Below are positions 37,755 to 52,036 of a stretch of 64,000 nt of DNA, piece after piece (position 1 is the first letter of the stretch; every line of letters begins with the position of its first letter). The notes under the pieces are model-generated. The model did no database searches and was not told where the DNA came from. It saw only the letters and a list, made by a program, of their open reading frames with translations. The DNA comes from Octopus vulgaris (lineage: Eukaryota). Location of the stretch: NCBI GenBank assembly GCA_951406725.2, contig OX597822.1, positions 37,820,001-37,884,000 on the forward strand, written 5' to 3'. The translations under genes and the position numbers were made by a program.

Positions 37755-38391
37755 TCATTGGTATGCAAGAAATGTGTGCCGCCTCCAGTGCGGACATCTA
37801 AAAGAATTTTGCAAAATCGAGTTAACAAGCTGCCCTCGGGCGAACAAAATGTGAAAAAGCTCCGAGTTGCAAAGATTACAGATTCTTTTGCCTCTATCAA
37901 ACGGTCAGACATCGATAAAATCGACCATTCCAGTCTAAAGGTTGAATTCGCGTTCTTCAAACGCCAGACTAATTTACTTAGCCCGGTCGCGTGTTGCTTT
38001 CCAAAATCGCGAAACGTTGTGAAGTGATTCGATATTCTAACGGCCAATTTCGATGATGAAGCTCCGATATACAAGTAGACAACTGATTCAGTATAAACTC
38101 TGCATTGGTAAATGGCGTTTCTAATCTTGGAATTACTAGGTAAGAACCTTATTCTATTGGGATTGGCTTCCGATATTAATACGGCGTTCTTATTACTATG
38201 ATGATTGTAAGAACTACGGCTGTCTTCGACATTATACACCCCATTATCAATACTATTTAATGGAATATCACCTGTATACTCCCTGCCACTGAGAACGCTG
38301 TGATTGCTAATGTCCGTGATACTACTGTTGTTAAAACCGCTGCTAATATTGTTGTTGGGACTCCCTACATTAATGACTCGGTCAGTGCTCT
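37755..38391 (-). pseudogene. PLE linker and GIY-YIG endonuclease, one frameshift
   Basis: AIYQCRVYTESVVYLYIGASSSKLAVRISNHFTTF...LSKLVWRLK, frameshift near 37905, then PFDRGKRICNLCNSELFHILF...RCPHWRRHTFLAYQ*. Confidence 0.88.
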
Positions 38392-39936
38392 CACTAGAGA
38401 AGAAATTGATATAATTCTAGTCGCCAGAAAATCATTTATAAAGTTTGAAAATAAGTTGTGGGTTCGTAAGGATACTCCCAACGAGTTCGATGTACCTATG
38501 GGTAGTTCAGATAGCGCGCAGATTGCCGATTTGGTCGGAATCTATATTCTCTATGAATTATCCGACCAATTCCCGGACATCGGTGGCGGCCTATATCGTG
38601 ACGATTGTCTGTTTTACCTACAAAACACCTCGAACAAAATCGTACAGAAAACTAAAAATAGATTAGCTAGGTTCTTTAATAGGATGGGCATGAGTATAGT
38701 TTTTGATAACGAACTTACTAAGGCTAATTTCTTAGATGTCACACTAAACCTCCATAGCGACTCTTACTGCCCCTACCACAAACCTTCCACTAACTTAAAG
38801 TATGTCAGTGTTTTCTCGAACCACGCTAAAACTATAACAGACAATTTGGTTAAAAATATTTCTCAAAGATTAACTAATTTGTCTGCCAATGTCGACATTT
38901 TGGGGCAGAAAGCGGAATTTTATAACGCCGCCCTGTCTAAAGCCGGTTATAGGGAGAAGGTAGTATATATAGATCCGGCCCTTCCGAAGCCAGCATTCTG
39001 TCATCAGGATAAGGCCAGCTACAATAACATAAATAATATAAGTAGTGATGGTAGCCTGAGGAATGTCGAGACAAGTACATCTAGAATAAATATAGATAAC
39101 ATAAATAAGTTGCGGTCCAGGGGAGGCCATAGTAAGCCAAAACCTATTATTCAACCTAGAAATACCCACCTTAATGTTAGAGTTGACTCCCCGACCCAGT
39201 ACAAAAACAGGAATAAATATATTTGGTTTGTAATTCCCTTTGGTAAACAAATAAGATCTAACCTACCCCTGCAGTTTCGCCAAGCCATTGCCAGTAATTT
39301 TCCCAGAAATTCGAGATATTACTCCACTGTTAACTCACATAAAGTTAGGATAGCCTTCTCCAATACTAAAAATCTTTCACAGATAATTTCCTCCCATAAC
39401 AATAAGCTGCTAAATAAGACCCTCTCACCCACGAACGGAGACGCAGCTCCGTCTAATGCCAGCATAACGCGCAGTAATAATAATAATAATGATAATAGAA
39501 CCGGCACAGATATTAGCAACCTCCATACCAGCCATGGAGTTAATAATAGGAATAAAGATAAGAGCAATGGTTGCGGCATTAACGTTAGTATTGGTAATAG
39601 GGATAAGAGCGCTGACCGAGTCATTAATGTAGGGAGTCCCAACAACAATATTAGCAGCGGTTTTAACAACAGTAGTATCACGGACATTAGCAATCACAGC
39701 GTTCTCAGTGGCAGGGAGTATACAGGTGATATTCCATTAAATAGTATTGATAATGGGGTGTATAATGCCGAAGACAGCCGTAGTTCTTACAATCATCATC
39801 GTAATAAGAACGCCGTATTAATATCGGAAGCCAATCCCAATAGAATAAGGTTCTTATCTAGTAATTCCAAGATTAGAAACGCCATTTACCAATGCAGAGT
39901 TTATACTGAATCAGATGTCTACTTGTATATCGGAGC
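38392..39936 (+). CDS. PLE reverse transcriptase (5'-truncated, uninterrupted frame) with Asn-rich linker
   Basis: ARKSFIKF...FDVPMGSSDSAQIADLVGIYIL, LYRDD catalytic motif, NFLDVTLNL, PYHKP...YVSVFSNH, IWFVIPF. The first about 30 and last about 39 codons of ORF 38300-40054 are junction artefacts. Confidence 0.88.
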
Positions 39937-40206
39937 AAAATGGTCTCCTTATTCAATCCGAATTAGGGACTTTGCAGCCTTTGAAACATATGTAGAAAAT
40001 AATAAAAAGGAACTTTGTAAAATCTTCGTTCAGCTCCATTTCTTCCTTCACTAAATATATAAAACTTCAAATTTCCGCACTAAGGCACGGTTTTGAGACC
40101 CCATGGTCGTAACCTCAACCGTGATTTTTCTGTTGTGATTTTTGCTACCCAGGTATCGGTTATAATTTGAATAATCCGTAACAAGATAATTCATTTATCC
40201 ATTTCA

Positions 40207-40263
<57 letters not shown>

Positions 40264-40713
40264 AATGAGAATTACATAATACTGTTTGCAGTGTAAAAAT
40301 GATGTTACTAACCTGTTTTAGGGAAGATTTGTTTCCTAGTGTGTTAGCATGCAGTGCACACCGCACGCTGATATAAAACCCCCACAACTTTATCCTTTAC
40401 GGAAAGAAAACAGACCAACGAACACAACACTGTATATACCTACACCCTCAGAAAAAATTATAAATACGACACCGCTATACATACCACACATCCTATGCCA
40501 CATCCCCGTCCCCGCAGGGACACAACATTATTAATACACACTTTCCCCACTTCAAGCTAACTCTTACCGGCTTCAGAGCATACCTAACCAAGGGACATAA
40601 CTCCTAGCCAAATCTCCTGGTCCATTTATCGTTTCACCAGCAGCCGCTGATGTTTGTGCTAATCTACCTCCGACAATAGAGAGCAGTAACCATATTCACT
40701 TCCATAGCGTCTA

Positions 40714-40791
40714 TCTCTGATGAGCGTAATTATATAATTGGATTGTTAGCTGAGATTTCATTGTATTTTTGCACGAAACTGATTGGTAAGA
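40714..40791 (+). ncRNA. Minimal hammerhead motif (CpG-decayed) in a (TA)n-embedded element at 40261-40905
   Basis: tct-CTGATGA-gcgtaa...ttgcac-GAAA-CTGATTGG-TA-aga; stem III is two CpG transitions from the palindrome CCGATCGG. Confidence 0.68.
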
Positions 40792-40904
40792 GCAGCCGTG
40801 ATGGATACTTAATACTATAAAATTCGGATAATATATCCACTCTACAAACAGTTATATGAGTGCATCTTCTCCTTGACTTATGGTCTCTTAGCTGACTCAC
40901 GTGC

Positions 40905-40967
<63 letters not shown>

Positions 40968-40970
<3 letters not shown>

Positions 40971-41532
40971 TACACTATTTCAGTTTTACGTCCCTAATGT
41001 AATGTGAGATAATACTTTCAGTACTATTTCGGTTACAAATTAAACTTAATTTCCAATCACATATTTGCATTTCAAAAATTCAACATTATATATTCTTTGA
41101 TTAGAGGTTATGTTAACCTCGTGAAGGGATGGTTTCATCCAAGGAAATACTGGTTCAATACCTAGTATTTTGGGGGAATTAATTTATATATAGGTATATA
41201 TATATAAAAACATATTGTTTATATTCATATAAAAGAAGAAAAAGAAAATGAAGATTGGGAAGTTAATAATTGTTTATTATTAACAGCAAATTAATCATCA
41301 TCCTTTACAGCTGTTTCAATTAATACTCTTGGATGTTTTATACGCGTCTATGGATTCAGTCTGCTGTAGTGAATCCATAAGCACATAAAACATCCAAGGG
41401 TATATATTTTTTCTCCTCTGAAGATATTATACTCAGTTCATATAAATTTAATATTTACTTAATATTTACTGAGTATTAATTGAAACAGCTGTAAGGGATG
41501 ATGATTAATTTGCTGTTAACTTCCCAATCTCT
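40968..41532. mobile_element. Inverted-end HHR element
   Basis: 41254-41330 is inverted relative to 41470-41530; about 35-bp hairpin at 41323-41403; 41110-41175 is homologous to 35973-36040. Confidence 0.72.
41414..41497 (+). ncRNA. Minimal type I hammerhead ribozyme, canonical core
   Basis: Stem I cct/agg; CTGAAGA; stem II attatactcagt/actgagtattaat (12 bp, one bulge); GAAA-CAGCTG-TA, predicted cut after A41493. Confidence 0.85.
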
Positions 41533-41533
41533 G

Positions 41534-41564
<31 letters not shown>

Positions 41565-41605
41565 CTTCTTCTTCTTCTTCTTCTTCTTCTTCTTCTTCTT
41601 TATCC

Positions 41606-41640
<35 letters not shown>

Positions 41641-41754
41641 CATACGTACATACGCGAGCGCATGTGTGGTACTAGACATGAAACGAATGGATTTAACATA
41701 CTTGGGGATTTAACATACGTGTTTCTGTAGCAAATTTATTATTAAGACATTGAA

Positions 41755-42150
41755 GTGGCCGTGTAGTAAGAGGCTTGCTTCGGATCCAGGTTCAGTCCCA
41801 CTACGAGGCATCTTGGGCAAGTGTCTTCTAAAATATCCTCGGGCCGATCAAAGCCTTGTGAAAAGATTTGGTAGGCGGAAACTGAAAGTCTGCCATATAT
41901 ATATATATATATGTATGTATATATCTATGTGTGTGTCTTCCTGTCTGTGTTTGTCCCCACTACCGCTTGACAACCAGCGTTGATGCGTTTACATCTCTGT
42001 AAATTAGCGGTTCGGCATAAGACACCGATAGAATAAGTACTATGCTTAACGAAATATGAGTACTAGGATCGATCCATTCGACTGAAAATTCTTCTAGGCG
42101 GTGCTCCAACATGGCCGCAGTCTAATGACTTTAAACAGGTAAGAGATAAA
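41755..42150 (+). mobile_element. SINE family A
   Basis: Head, cttgggcaagtgtcttcta box and atggccgcagtctaatgact tail. Confidence 0.8.
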
Positions 42151-42479
42151 ATCGATACAATTTGGTATGCAATGACTATGCAAGATCATATATAATTGTG
42201 CAGTAAGGTGTTGACGTAATATTGTCACATCTCCAGATGATACTCCATTAGAAGTTTATAAGGCGATATACCCCGGTGGGATTATGGATGCGCGTGCACA
42301 CACACATGTATACATATACATACACACTCTTGTATATGACTGTATGCATGCATATTTATTCTTTACGCACACACATACCTACAATCTATCATTCTGTAAT
42401 ATGTGTGTGTGTATATGTATATGTAAATATATATATATACGAAAATAATAAATAAAACATATGCATATATACATGCATA

Positions 42480-42690
42480 TATGTACGTACCTTTATCTAT
42501 ATGTATATATACATGCATATATGGGTACAGGACACCCAAAAACGTCGAACAGAATGAGAAACGAAAACATAAACACAAAACCAAGGAAATGGACATTTTT
42601 CTTAAACGAAAAAAATAAGACATACAACACAAGGAACATTCCCCTTCTTCAGCCGCCTCTGTTTCATCTACTCCGCGTTTCGAAGGTAGC
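42480..42690 (-). mobile_element. Second copy of the 14975-15600 repeat 3' end
   Basis: Reverse-complement homology to 15385-15600; TA-rich flanks. Confidence 0.72.
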
Positions 42691-42710
42691 ATATACATAT
42701 ACATACATAC

Positions 42711-42758
<48 letters not shown>

Positions 42759-42768
42759 GGCCCTGAGG

Positions 42769-42807
<39 letters not shown>

Positions 42808-43211
42808 TAGATAGATAGACATATATATAGAGAGAGAGAGAGGGAGAGAGGGAGGGAGAGAGAGAGGGAGAGAGAGAAAGAAATATATAGACAGATAGAT
42901 ATAGATATATCACGTGATCATGTGATCGACCAGATTATCAGATGTTGTTATACATCACTGGTCACGTGTGTTTCCCATCGAGCAGTAACAAGGATGTCCA
43001 GATATCAATACGTTACGGCCGTTTCGAGAGGGTCCATTTAATCGATCATTGAAAACATTACAGCAATTTGAAAGAAACCGCATGTCCTTGTTACTTATTT
43101 ACATTCTGTTCACCTAACTTGGAGCTGTGCGGATTATACCGAACTGGCTTAGTGCCTCAATTTAAGTGTTTAATTCAACTGAATCTTAATTATATATATA
43201 TATGTATATAT

Positions 43212-43274
<63 letters not shown>

Positions 43275-43291
43275 TATATATATATACATAC

Positions 43292-43727
<436 letters not shown>

Positions 43728-43865
43728 CTAATACAAAACTCATATTAGACTCCTCACTCGAATCACTGTTGAATCAAGATTTTAACGGCAGTTTGTCCAT
43801 AGCACTTACTTAACGTTACCTGCCACTCTTTGGGTCTTCTAGATACCAATACATCTCATATATAT

Positions 43866-44014
43866 AGGCGCAGAAGTGGCTGTGTGGTAAGTAGCTTGCT
43901 TACCAACCACATGGTTCCGGGTTCAGTCCCACTGCGTGGCACATTGGGCAAGTGTCTTCTACTATAGCCTCAGTTTTAGTAGACGGAAACTGAAAGAAGC
44001 CTATCGTATATATG

Positions 44015-44094
<80 letters not shown>

Positions 44095-44300
44095 AGTGTG
44101 TCTGTGTTTGTCCCCCACAACATTGCTTGACAACCGATGCTGGTGTGTTTACGTCCTCGTAACTTAGCGGTTCGGCAAAAGAGACCGATAGAATAAGTAC
44201 TGGGCTTACAAAGAACAAGTCCTGGGATCAATTTGCTCGACTAAAGGCGGCGCTCCAGCATGGCCGCAGTCAAATGACTCAAACAAGTAAAAGAAAAGAA
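43866..44300 (+). mobile_element. SINE family A
   Basis: Near-complete copy with internal (TA)n(TG)n and a (GAAA)n tail. Confidence 0.88.
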
Positions 44301-44565
44301 AGAAAGAAAGAAAGAAAGAATATATATATATACACGGATGAGCGTTTGTGCGTACGTGTGTACGTTTTTAACCACATGTGTATGAGTGTGCGAACTTGTG
44401 CAACCGTGTAGTCATACATGTTAATCTTTTATAAATGTATTGTAAATGATAATACAAGACAGATAAGATATAGAAAACTGTTTATTTTTAGAAACAGATA
44501 TTTGCATGATGAAATGTTTTCATTGAACAATCTCGGAAAAAGATTACACACACAGACACGCTCAA

Positions 44566-44619
<54 letters not shown>

Positions 44620-44675
44620 AACATCAAGAATTCCTAATTTTTCTGACACTTGATATCCTTTTATTCGTCTTCTAA

Positions 44676-44885
44676 GCTGACAGATTCGTTAGCACGCCGG
44701 GCAAAATGCTTAGCGGCATTTCTTCTAACTCTACGTTCTCAGTTCAAATTCCGCCGAGGCCGACTTTACGTTTCATTCTTCCGGGCTTGATAAAAGAAGT
44801 TCCACTTGAGCACTGGGTCAGATGTAATCGACTTGTCCCGTCCCACAAAATTGCTGGCTTTGTGCCAAAATTTGAAACCAATATA
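44676..44885 (+). mobile_element. SINE family B
   Basis: cgttagcacgccgggcaaaatgcttagcgg...ttcaaattccgccgagg. Confidence 0.78.
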
Positions 44886-44958
44886 CTGGCATTTGTCTTT
44901 GTTGACTAAATTAATGTCACTTGCCACTGTTATCTTTCTCTGCACATCTTTGTTTTAA

Positions 44959-45173
44959 CCCTTTACCTTTTTAACCGGTCGTATCTGGCTAAAATATTCT
45001 GCCTGCTTTATTTTCAAAATGGTCAGTTCTGGCTTCTCACACCCACCCTACAATGTCATTCTAAAAATAAACAATTACATCAATAAAATAATGAAGCTAC
45101 AATTCATAATTAATTCAAAACAATGTGAATAAAGAAGCATTAACTTTGAGAGAGTAATCTGAATGTTAAATGG
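44959..45173. mobile_element. piggyBac-type MITE
   Basis: TTAA at 44955-44958 and 45174-45177; termini cccttta / taaatgg (imperfect). Confidence 0.65.
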
Positions 45174-45531
45174 TTAATTATGCAAACTACATTAGGCCAT
45201 AAATGTTTCAAATTCTGTTGTATATGTCTACACCCTATATCTGCTGGAGTCAAGGTAGAATAACTGCTGAGCTAATGACGATTTTTGTCACCTACTGTCT
45301 TTTTGTCTCCAAAAAAACCCCCCAAAAACTAAGATACTGAATTTTTCCTTAATGAGGCATGAGATTATCTCCCCTTCTCATTCGTTGTTGCTCACAATTC
45401 CCACTAGGGGCTTGTTTTACATTCTTTGGAAGCCAAATTACTTTGAATAAATCAACCAGTTATCTTGTATGGCATTTGATACACCTTTATTCGTATTTGC
45501 TGCCCAAATTTGTGCCAATAGCCAGGTGTTT

Positions 45532-45622
45532 CATGATAAACAGCCCCAGAAAACTTAAGCAATACCATATATATACATATAGACATGCATACATGTATAT
45601 CACCCGACACATTAAATATCCT
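45532..45622. repeat. 91-bp sequence with an exact inverted copy at 47840-47930
   Basis: catgataaacagccccagaaaacttaagc...cacattaaatatcct; both ORF-track entries contain MINSPRKLKQYHIYTYRHAYMYITRHIKYP. Confidence 0.92.
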
Positions 45623-45638
45623 AGGTTCTGTTTTTAAT

Positions 45639-45692
<54 letters not shown>

Positions 45693-45844
45693 ATATGTGT
45701 AATCTTTAATAACGGATAAGATGAGCATAATCTACTCACCCCCTGAAACTTTAAACCGTCTGGAGCTGAGTGAGACTTGTTAAAAATATACATGACTCCC
45801 ACCAAATGTATTGAGTGCTACTTTCTTTCGTTCACTTGCTCTTA

Positions 45845-45894
<50 letters not shown>

Positions 45895-46424
45895 ATTAAG
45901 GGTTAAGCAACAAATGGTTCTCTTTCCATACCGAAACTACTTGGTAAAATTTATTAATTATTAAATTAATAATTCTTTACCCTTTATCTGTAATATATAT
46001 ATACATGCATACATACACACACACACACATATACACACAGACACATATATATGCATGCATATGGAGTGGGGCTGGTGTAGGTGTTGTTGGGAGGGGGGTG
46101 TCTTTGTGTCTATGTTCGTCTCCTCCCTAATGCTTATCAATCGATGCAGATTTTTTTACCCCTGTAACTTAGCAGTTCGGTTAAAAGCCTGACAGATTAA
46201 AGTACCAGACTTTGAAAAAAAATTCCTATGGTCGATCTGCTCGCCAAAAGCACCGCAGAGCGGTGCCCCAGCATGTAAAACTTAAATGATTATCAGAAAA
46301 GATATTTGAACCAAAATTAATTTCTCACATGGATACAAGTTTAGATATTTATAGAGACCTAATTGATTTATTTGGTAATTTTACATGATGGAATATGTGT
46401 TATCTGCTTAGCACAGGCTTAGCT

Positions 46425-46805
46425 GGGTGGAAAGAAGCTTGCTTGCCAACCACATGGTTTCGAGTTCAGTCCCACTGCGTGGCACCTTGGGACAGTGTCT
46501 TCTACTAAAGCCTCGGGCCGACCAAAGCCCTGTGAATGGATTTTGGTAGACGGAAACTGAGAGAAGCCCGTCGTATGTATATATGCGTATGTGTGTGTGT
46601 GTGTGTGTGTGTGTGTATTTGTGTTTGTCTCCCCATCATCGTTTGATAACTGATTTTGGTGTGTTTACGTCCCCGTATCTTAGCGGTTCGGCATAACAAA
46701 CCGATAGAATAAAAACTAGGCTAATAAAGAATAAGTCCAGGGGTCGATTTATTCGACTAAAGGCGGTGCTCCAACATAGCCGCAGTCAAACACTGAAACA
46801 AGTTA
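46425..46805 (+). mobile_element. SINE family A
   Basis: Complete head-box-microsatellite-tail layout. Confidence 0.85.
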
Positions 46806-46841
46806 AAAAAACAAACTTATTTACATGGTAACATTGACTGG

Positions 46842-47222
46842 TAGGGCCGGATTAAGACCTACAGAGGCCCTAAACACTTGAAAGATTTTGTTGTTCCCAT
46901 GTATATGTAATTCAAACATAAACTATAATAAACCATGGAATAAATTTTTATTGTTCAAAATAAAACGAAACTAGCAATACGATGGAAAAATAATGTTTAT
47001 TTTGGTATACTTCTGCTTTAAATATATTTGAAAAGTTTTCTCCTGTGACACCATGAACACTTCGAAATTATATTTCCGGTCATATGAACCACATGGAATA
47101 TCATTTTAGCAATTATAAAGTGATTTCTTTTGTGCCGTAAACCATTTACCCTTTCTGTGGTGTCTCCTTTTCTTATTGCCCTAAGCACGTGCTTATTTTG
47201 CTTAATGGTTAATCCAGCGCTG
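46842..47222. mobile_element. hAT-type MITE (381 bp)
   Basis: TIRs tagggccggattaa / ttaatccagcgctg; 8-bp TSD ttgactgg / tagactgg. Confidence 0.78.
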
Positions 47223-48136
47223 TAGACTGGACTAATGACGGATGTCTTTGACATGGATGCTGTACTGGGAACTATACCTCACATAGTTTGACTGAGAATT
47301 CATTGTCTTGGTTATGGTACGGTGAACTGTAGCATACCATGGTACCGGTCTGGACATTTCAGCTGTTGAGTGTTTGGGTCATGGTAGAATGAACTGTATC
47401 ATCTTACAGCCGGGTGGACTGGACGGTTGAAAGTTGACTGTCAAAGATTGCTTGTAGAGTGAGGAAGAGGAGGAGGAGGAAGAGGAGGGGGAGAAGAGGA
47501 AGACGTAGAGCGAGAACAATGACGAAGAGAACAGAGAAGAAGAAGAAGAAGAAGAAGAAGAAGAAGAAGAAGAAGAAGAAGAAGAAGAAGAAGAAGAAGA
47601 AGAAGAAGAAGAAGAAGAAAGTAAAATGAGAAGAGGAAGGACATGAAGTAAGAAGAGAATGAGGAGGAGGTGGAGACATGAAATGTGGAGACGATGACAC
47701 AAAGAATTCAGAAGAGGATAGGCGACTAAAGAACTGACAAGGAGAATAGAAGACTACAACAATCATTTTTTAGGGAGGGGAAGAAAATTGGATGAGGGTG
47801 GCGGTGGGGGGAAATAAAATTGAGTGTAAAGCCTAGAAGAGGATATTTAATGTGTCGGGTGATATACATGTATGCATGTCTATATGTATATATATGGTAT
47901 TGCTTAAGTTTTCTGGGGCTGTTTATCATGGAATAAATTTGAAGATGTTAGAAACACAAACAACCTCCAGCAATATAAGATAACCATTAATGGACTTGAA
48001 GTGGGAGTAGATATGTCGTCTGCAGCGTCTCGAATGCGGAGACTGATTCATCGAGAAATAGCAATTGTCATCCGTTCTATTTCGTATCATCAATGTTGAC
48101 GACGTGTATAATGCTGTGTATATGGCTGTGTGCCAC

Positions 48137-48179
<43 letters not shown>

Positions 48180-48212
48180 CATACATACATATATACATAC
48201 ATACATACATAT

Positions 48213-48256
<44 letters not shown>

Positions 48257-48307
48257 CATATATACATATATATATATATACACACACATATATATACACA
48301 TATACAT

Positions 48308-48339
<32 letters not shown>

Positions 48340-48410
48340 TTGTGTGTGTGTGAATGTGTGTATGTGAATATATAAATATATATTTATATATTATATCTAT
48401 CTATCTGTCC

Positions 48411-48484
<74 letters not shown>

Positions 48485-48680
48485 GTACGTGTGCGTTGTG
48501 TGTGCATGCATATAAGTGCGTGTGCATACGTGTCAGCGTATGTCTGTGCTTGTGTTTCAACGTGCAGATATGTATGCGTATATGCGCATACGAAATGAAG
48601 GACGCAGTGTGATGTGTGCGTGCAGATACATTTACGCACACAAATTTACTAGCGCACGCATGTGTGCATGTGCGTATGAA

Positions 48681-48748
<68 letters not shown>

Positions 48749-49696
48749 TAAATACATGGAGATATAGTAATACATACAAATAGTTACACGTATACGCACA
48801 ATGTCATACGTGAAAACCTACATCACAATAACCTTCCTCTCCCCTACCACAATGACATGCATATGTAATGTGTGTATGCTGTGCGTAAGCGTACTTCAAT
48901 ATATGTATACGTAAGTATGCATGTGTGTGTGTCTATTGCATATATATGTGTCTATGTGCACGTTTATGTACACGTACCTATGCGTATATTTGTGTTGTGT
49001 GAGTGAGGTTTTAAAAGTAGTGGAGGTGGCTAGAGATGGTACACACACAGACACACACACACATATATATATGATATACACAAGCACACATACTCAATTT
49101 AAACGAAAACACAGGCATGTATGTATGTATGTATGTATGTATGTATGTATGTATGTATGTATGTATGTATGTATGTATGTATCTATGTGTGTATATCTAT
49201 ATAGAGCACTGACAGTCTTCACTTCCGTACCTTCCTTACATGCAGAAGATGGCGTTAGTGGATGAGGAGGCTTTGAGGTAAAGAGAAGCAAACTCTGTAA
49301 GAGATGTACCAGCAGCAGCTGCAGCAACAACAACAGCAGCAACATCAGCAGCTGGCATGCCAAAGCGGTGGCGACGGTGATGGTGTCGCGTTGTTGCGGT
49401 GGTGAGAACAATTTGTCTGTGAAAGACGTTAGTGGGCTTCTTTTGAAAGTATAACACTTAGGGGAGGTGGTGGTTGGAGATTGTGGTGGTGGTGGTGGTG
49501 GTGGCTGGTGGTGGTAGTGTTAGTAGTGGTGGTGGTGGTGGTGGTGGTGGTATTAGTAGTGGTGATAGTAGTGGTCGTGGTGGTGGCCAAGGTGGTGGTT
49601 ATGTTGGTGAACGTAGCGTGGACGATTGGGAAAAGATGCTATGGCGCAGAAAGCATAGCAAAAAAAGTGATAATAATAATAACAATAATAATAATG

Positions 49697-49765
<69 letters not shown>

Positions 49766-49777
49766 TCAATAATGATG

Positions 49778-49890
<113 letters not shown>

Positions 49891-51149
49891 AAGAATTTCT
49901 TTATTAACCACAAGGTCTGATAAAATATCAAGGATGGTAAGGAAATTTGATGTATTTTTGAACTGATGACGAATAAAAATAACAAATTCTAATAAAAATA
50001 ATTCACGAGAAAAAGTCATCGACAAAGAAGACAGCCCTGGCCGGAAGTACTGTATTGTCGTCCTTTATTGTAATATGGCGCTACTTCCGGAAGAGGAAAC
50101 CACAGACTGAAGTTGTGATTGCATCTTGTGGCATTGTTCAATTGACGATTTCCTATCGTTCTCCGCCATTAGTTTTGTAATTGTTGTTGTTAGTGACAGT
50201 GGTGGTGGTGGTGGTGGTGGTGTGCTGCTGTTGTGATTGATGGTGGTGCGTCGGTAGAAATTGTATATATTTGGTATTGGTGTTGTTGATGATGCTGTTG
50301 CTAGCAGTGTAGGTGGAGGTAGTAGCGATGTTGTCGACAGAGATGATGGGGTGGAGTATTGATGATGGAGTGCCGTTGGTAGTAATATATATATATTTGA
50401 TGTTGGGGTGGGGTGAGTTTGGTAGTGGTGTGGGTTGTTGATATTGGTGGTGTTGGTAATTTCGAAGCTGGCGATAGTATTGGTTGTGGTCGTGGTGATG
50501 ACGGTGGTGGTGGTGGTGGTGGTGGTGGTGGTGGTGATGGTAGCAGTGGTGGTGAAGATGTTGATAGTAGTTGCATATCAATGGTGGTTTTGGGTCACTG
50601 TCATGGCGTCGGACACATCAAAAATCGGAAATCGAGGTCGCCGGCATTATTGTAGAGGAATACCAAGAGACAACGGGAAAGTGAATATGTCCGGACGAGT
50701 CAATGGGCTGGCAACTTGACATTGGGAGAGGTAATGCCACACCGACCAAGGGCCAGGTTAGAAGCAGAACTCCGATGTGAAAAAAAAAAGACTGACAAAA
50801 AGACACGAGAAGGACGGTGAGTCTCAATCAGGAACGGTTTGAAGCTTTGTGTGAAAGGTCCTGGGTAAGTGACTAACATCCTCATCGCGTCAGTCATACT
50901 TGACACAGGAAACATCTGATCCTGTTCCAGCTTCCCATGAAAGGGGATTTTCCGGTGACCAGGATGTCCATCTGTTCTCTTAAGGCGACGGGAAAATCCA
51001 TGGGGCGTTGAAGAAAAATGGGGTGATAATGGGATGGCCAAGAGGGGCGATGGATGTTAAAAAACTCACAATAATGGATTAATTAGGTTAATTTTTTTTT
51101 GTGAAATACAGTTGTTTTGAAATTGCTACAGAAAATGGTCTATGTTTGT

Positions 51150-51229
51150 GATGGTGAGTGGTAGGGGGCGCTAAGAATGTGGCCTCGGTGTCAAAGGGAC
51201 GGCAGCCCGAAAAAGTTTGGGAAGCACTG
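51150..51229. mobile_element. hAT-Charlie-type terminal fragment
   Basis: Ends in aaaaagtttgggaagcactg, resembling Charlie/Buster termini. Confidence 0.45.
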
Positions 51230-51489
51230 TCTTAAGGAGTTTTCGGAATGCTGTGGCTGATGACAGCAAGACATGCACTGAAAGTGACACACAATGAGAT
51301 ACATTGGACAGCGATGACGGTGAACAGGTCTGTTTGCCATTGATGTGACCCATCTTTCTGCAGCTCGTCGCTGTGACTGAGTTGTAGCCATGAGTCAAAA
51401 GCGGATCAAGGCTGAACGATCGGTGTCTGAAACGTCGTCAGATGATCACTGCACTCGAAGAGCGGAACGATAACACTAATAGAAAATGA

Positions 51490-52013
<524 letters not shown>

Positions 52014-52036
52014 TCATCATCATCATCATCATTATT

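Larger units (their letters stand above)
37025..40060. mobile_element. Penelope-like element insertion: two 5'-truncated copies joined head to head, both outer ends being the 3' terminus
   Basis: Minus copy 37025-38391 (linker, GIY-YIG, 3' UTR). Plus copy 38392-39936 (RT, linker, start of GIY-YIG) jumps to the last 120 nt (39935-40054). Inverted matches 38061-38391/39606-39936 and 37029-37148/39935-40054. Confidence 0.92.

Noticed and set aside
38300-40054. 584-aa ORF as an intact gene with its own start and stop
   Set aside because: Chimeric: the first about 30 codons are antisense linker from the inverted copy and the last about 39 are 3' UTR after a deletion; the RT N-terminus is missing.
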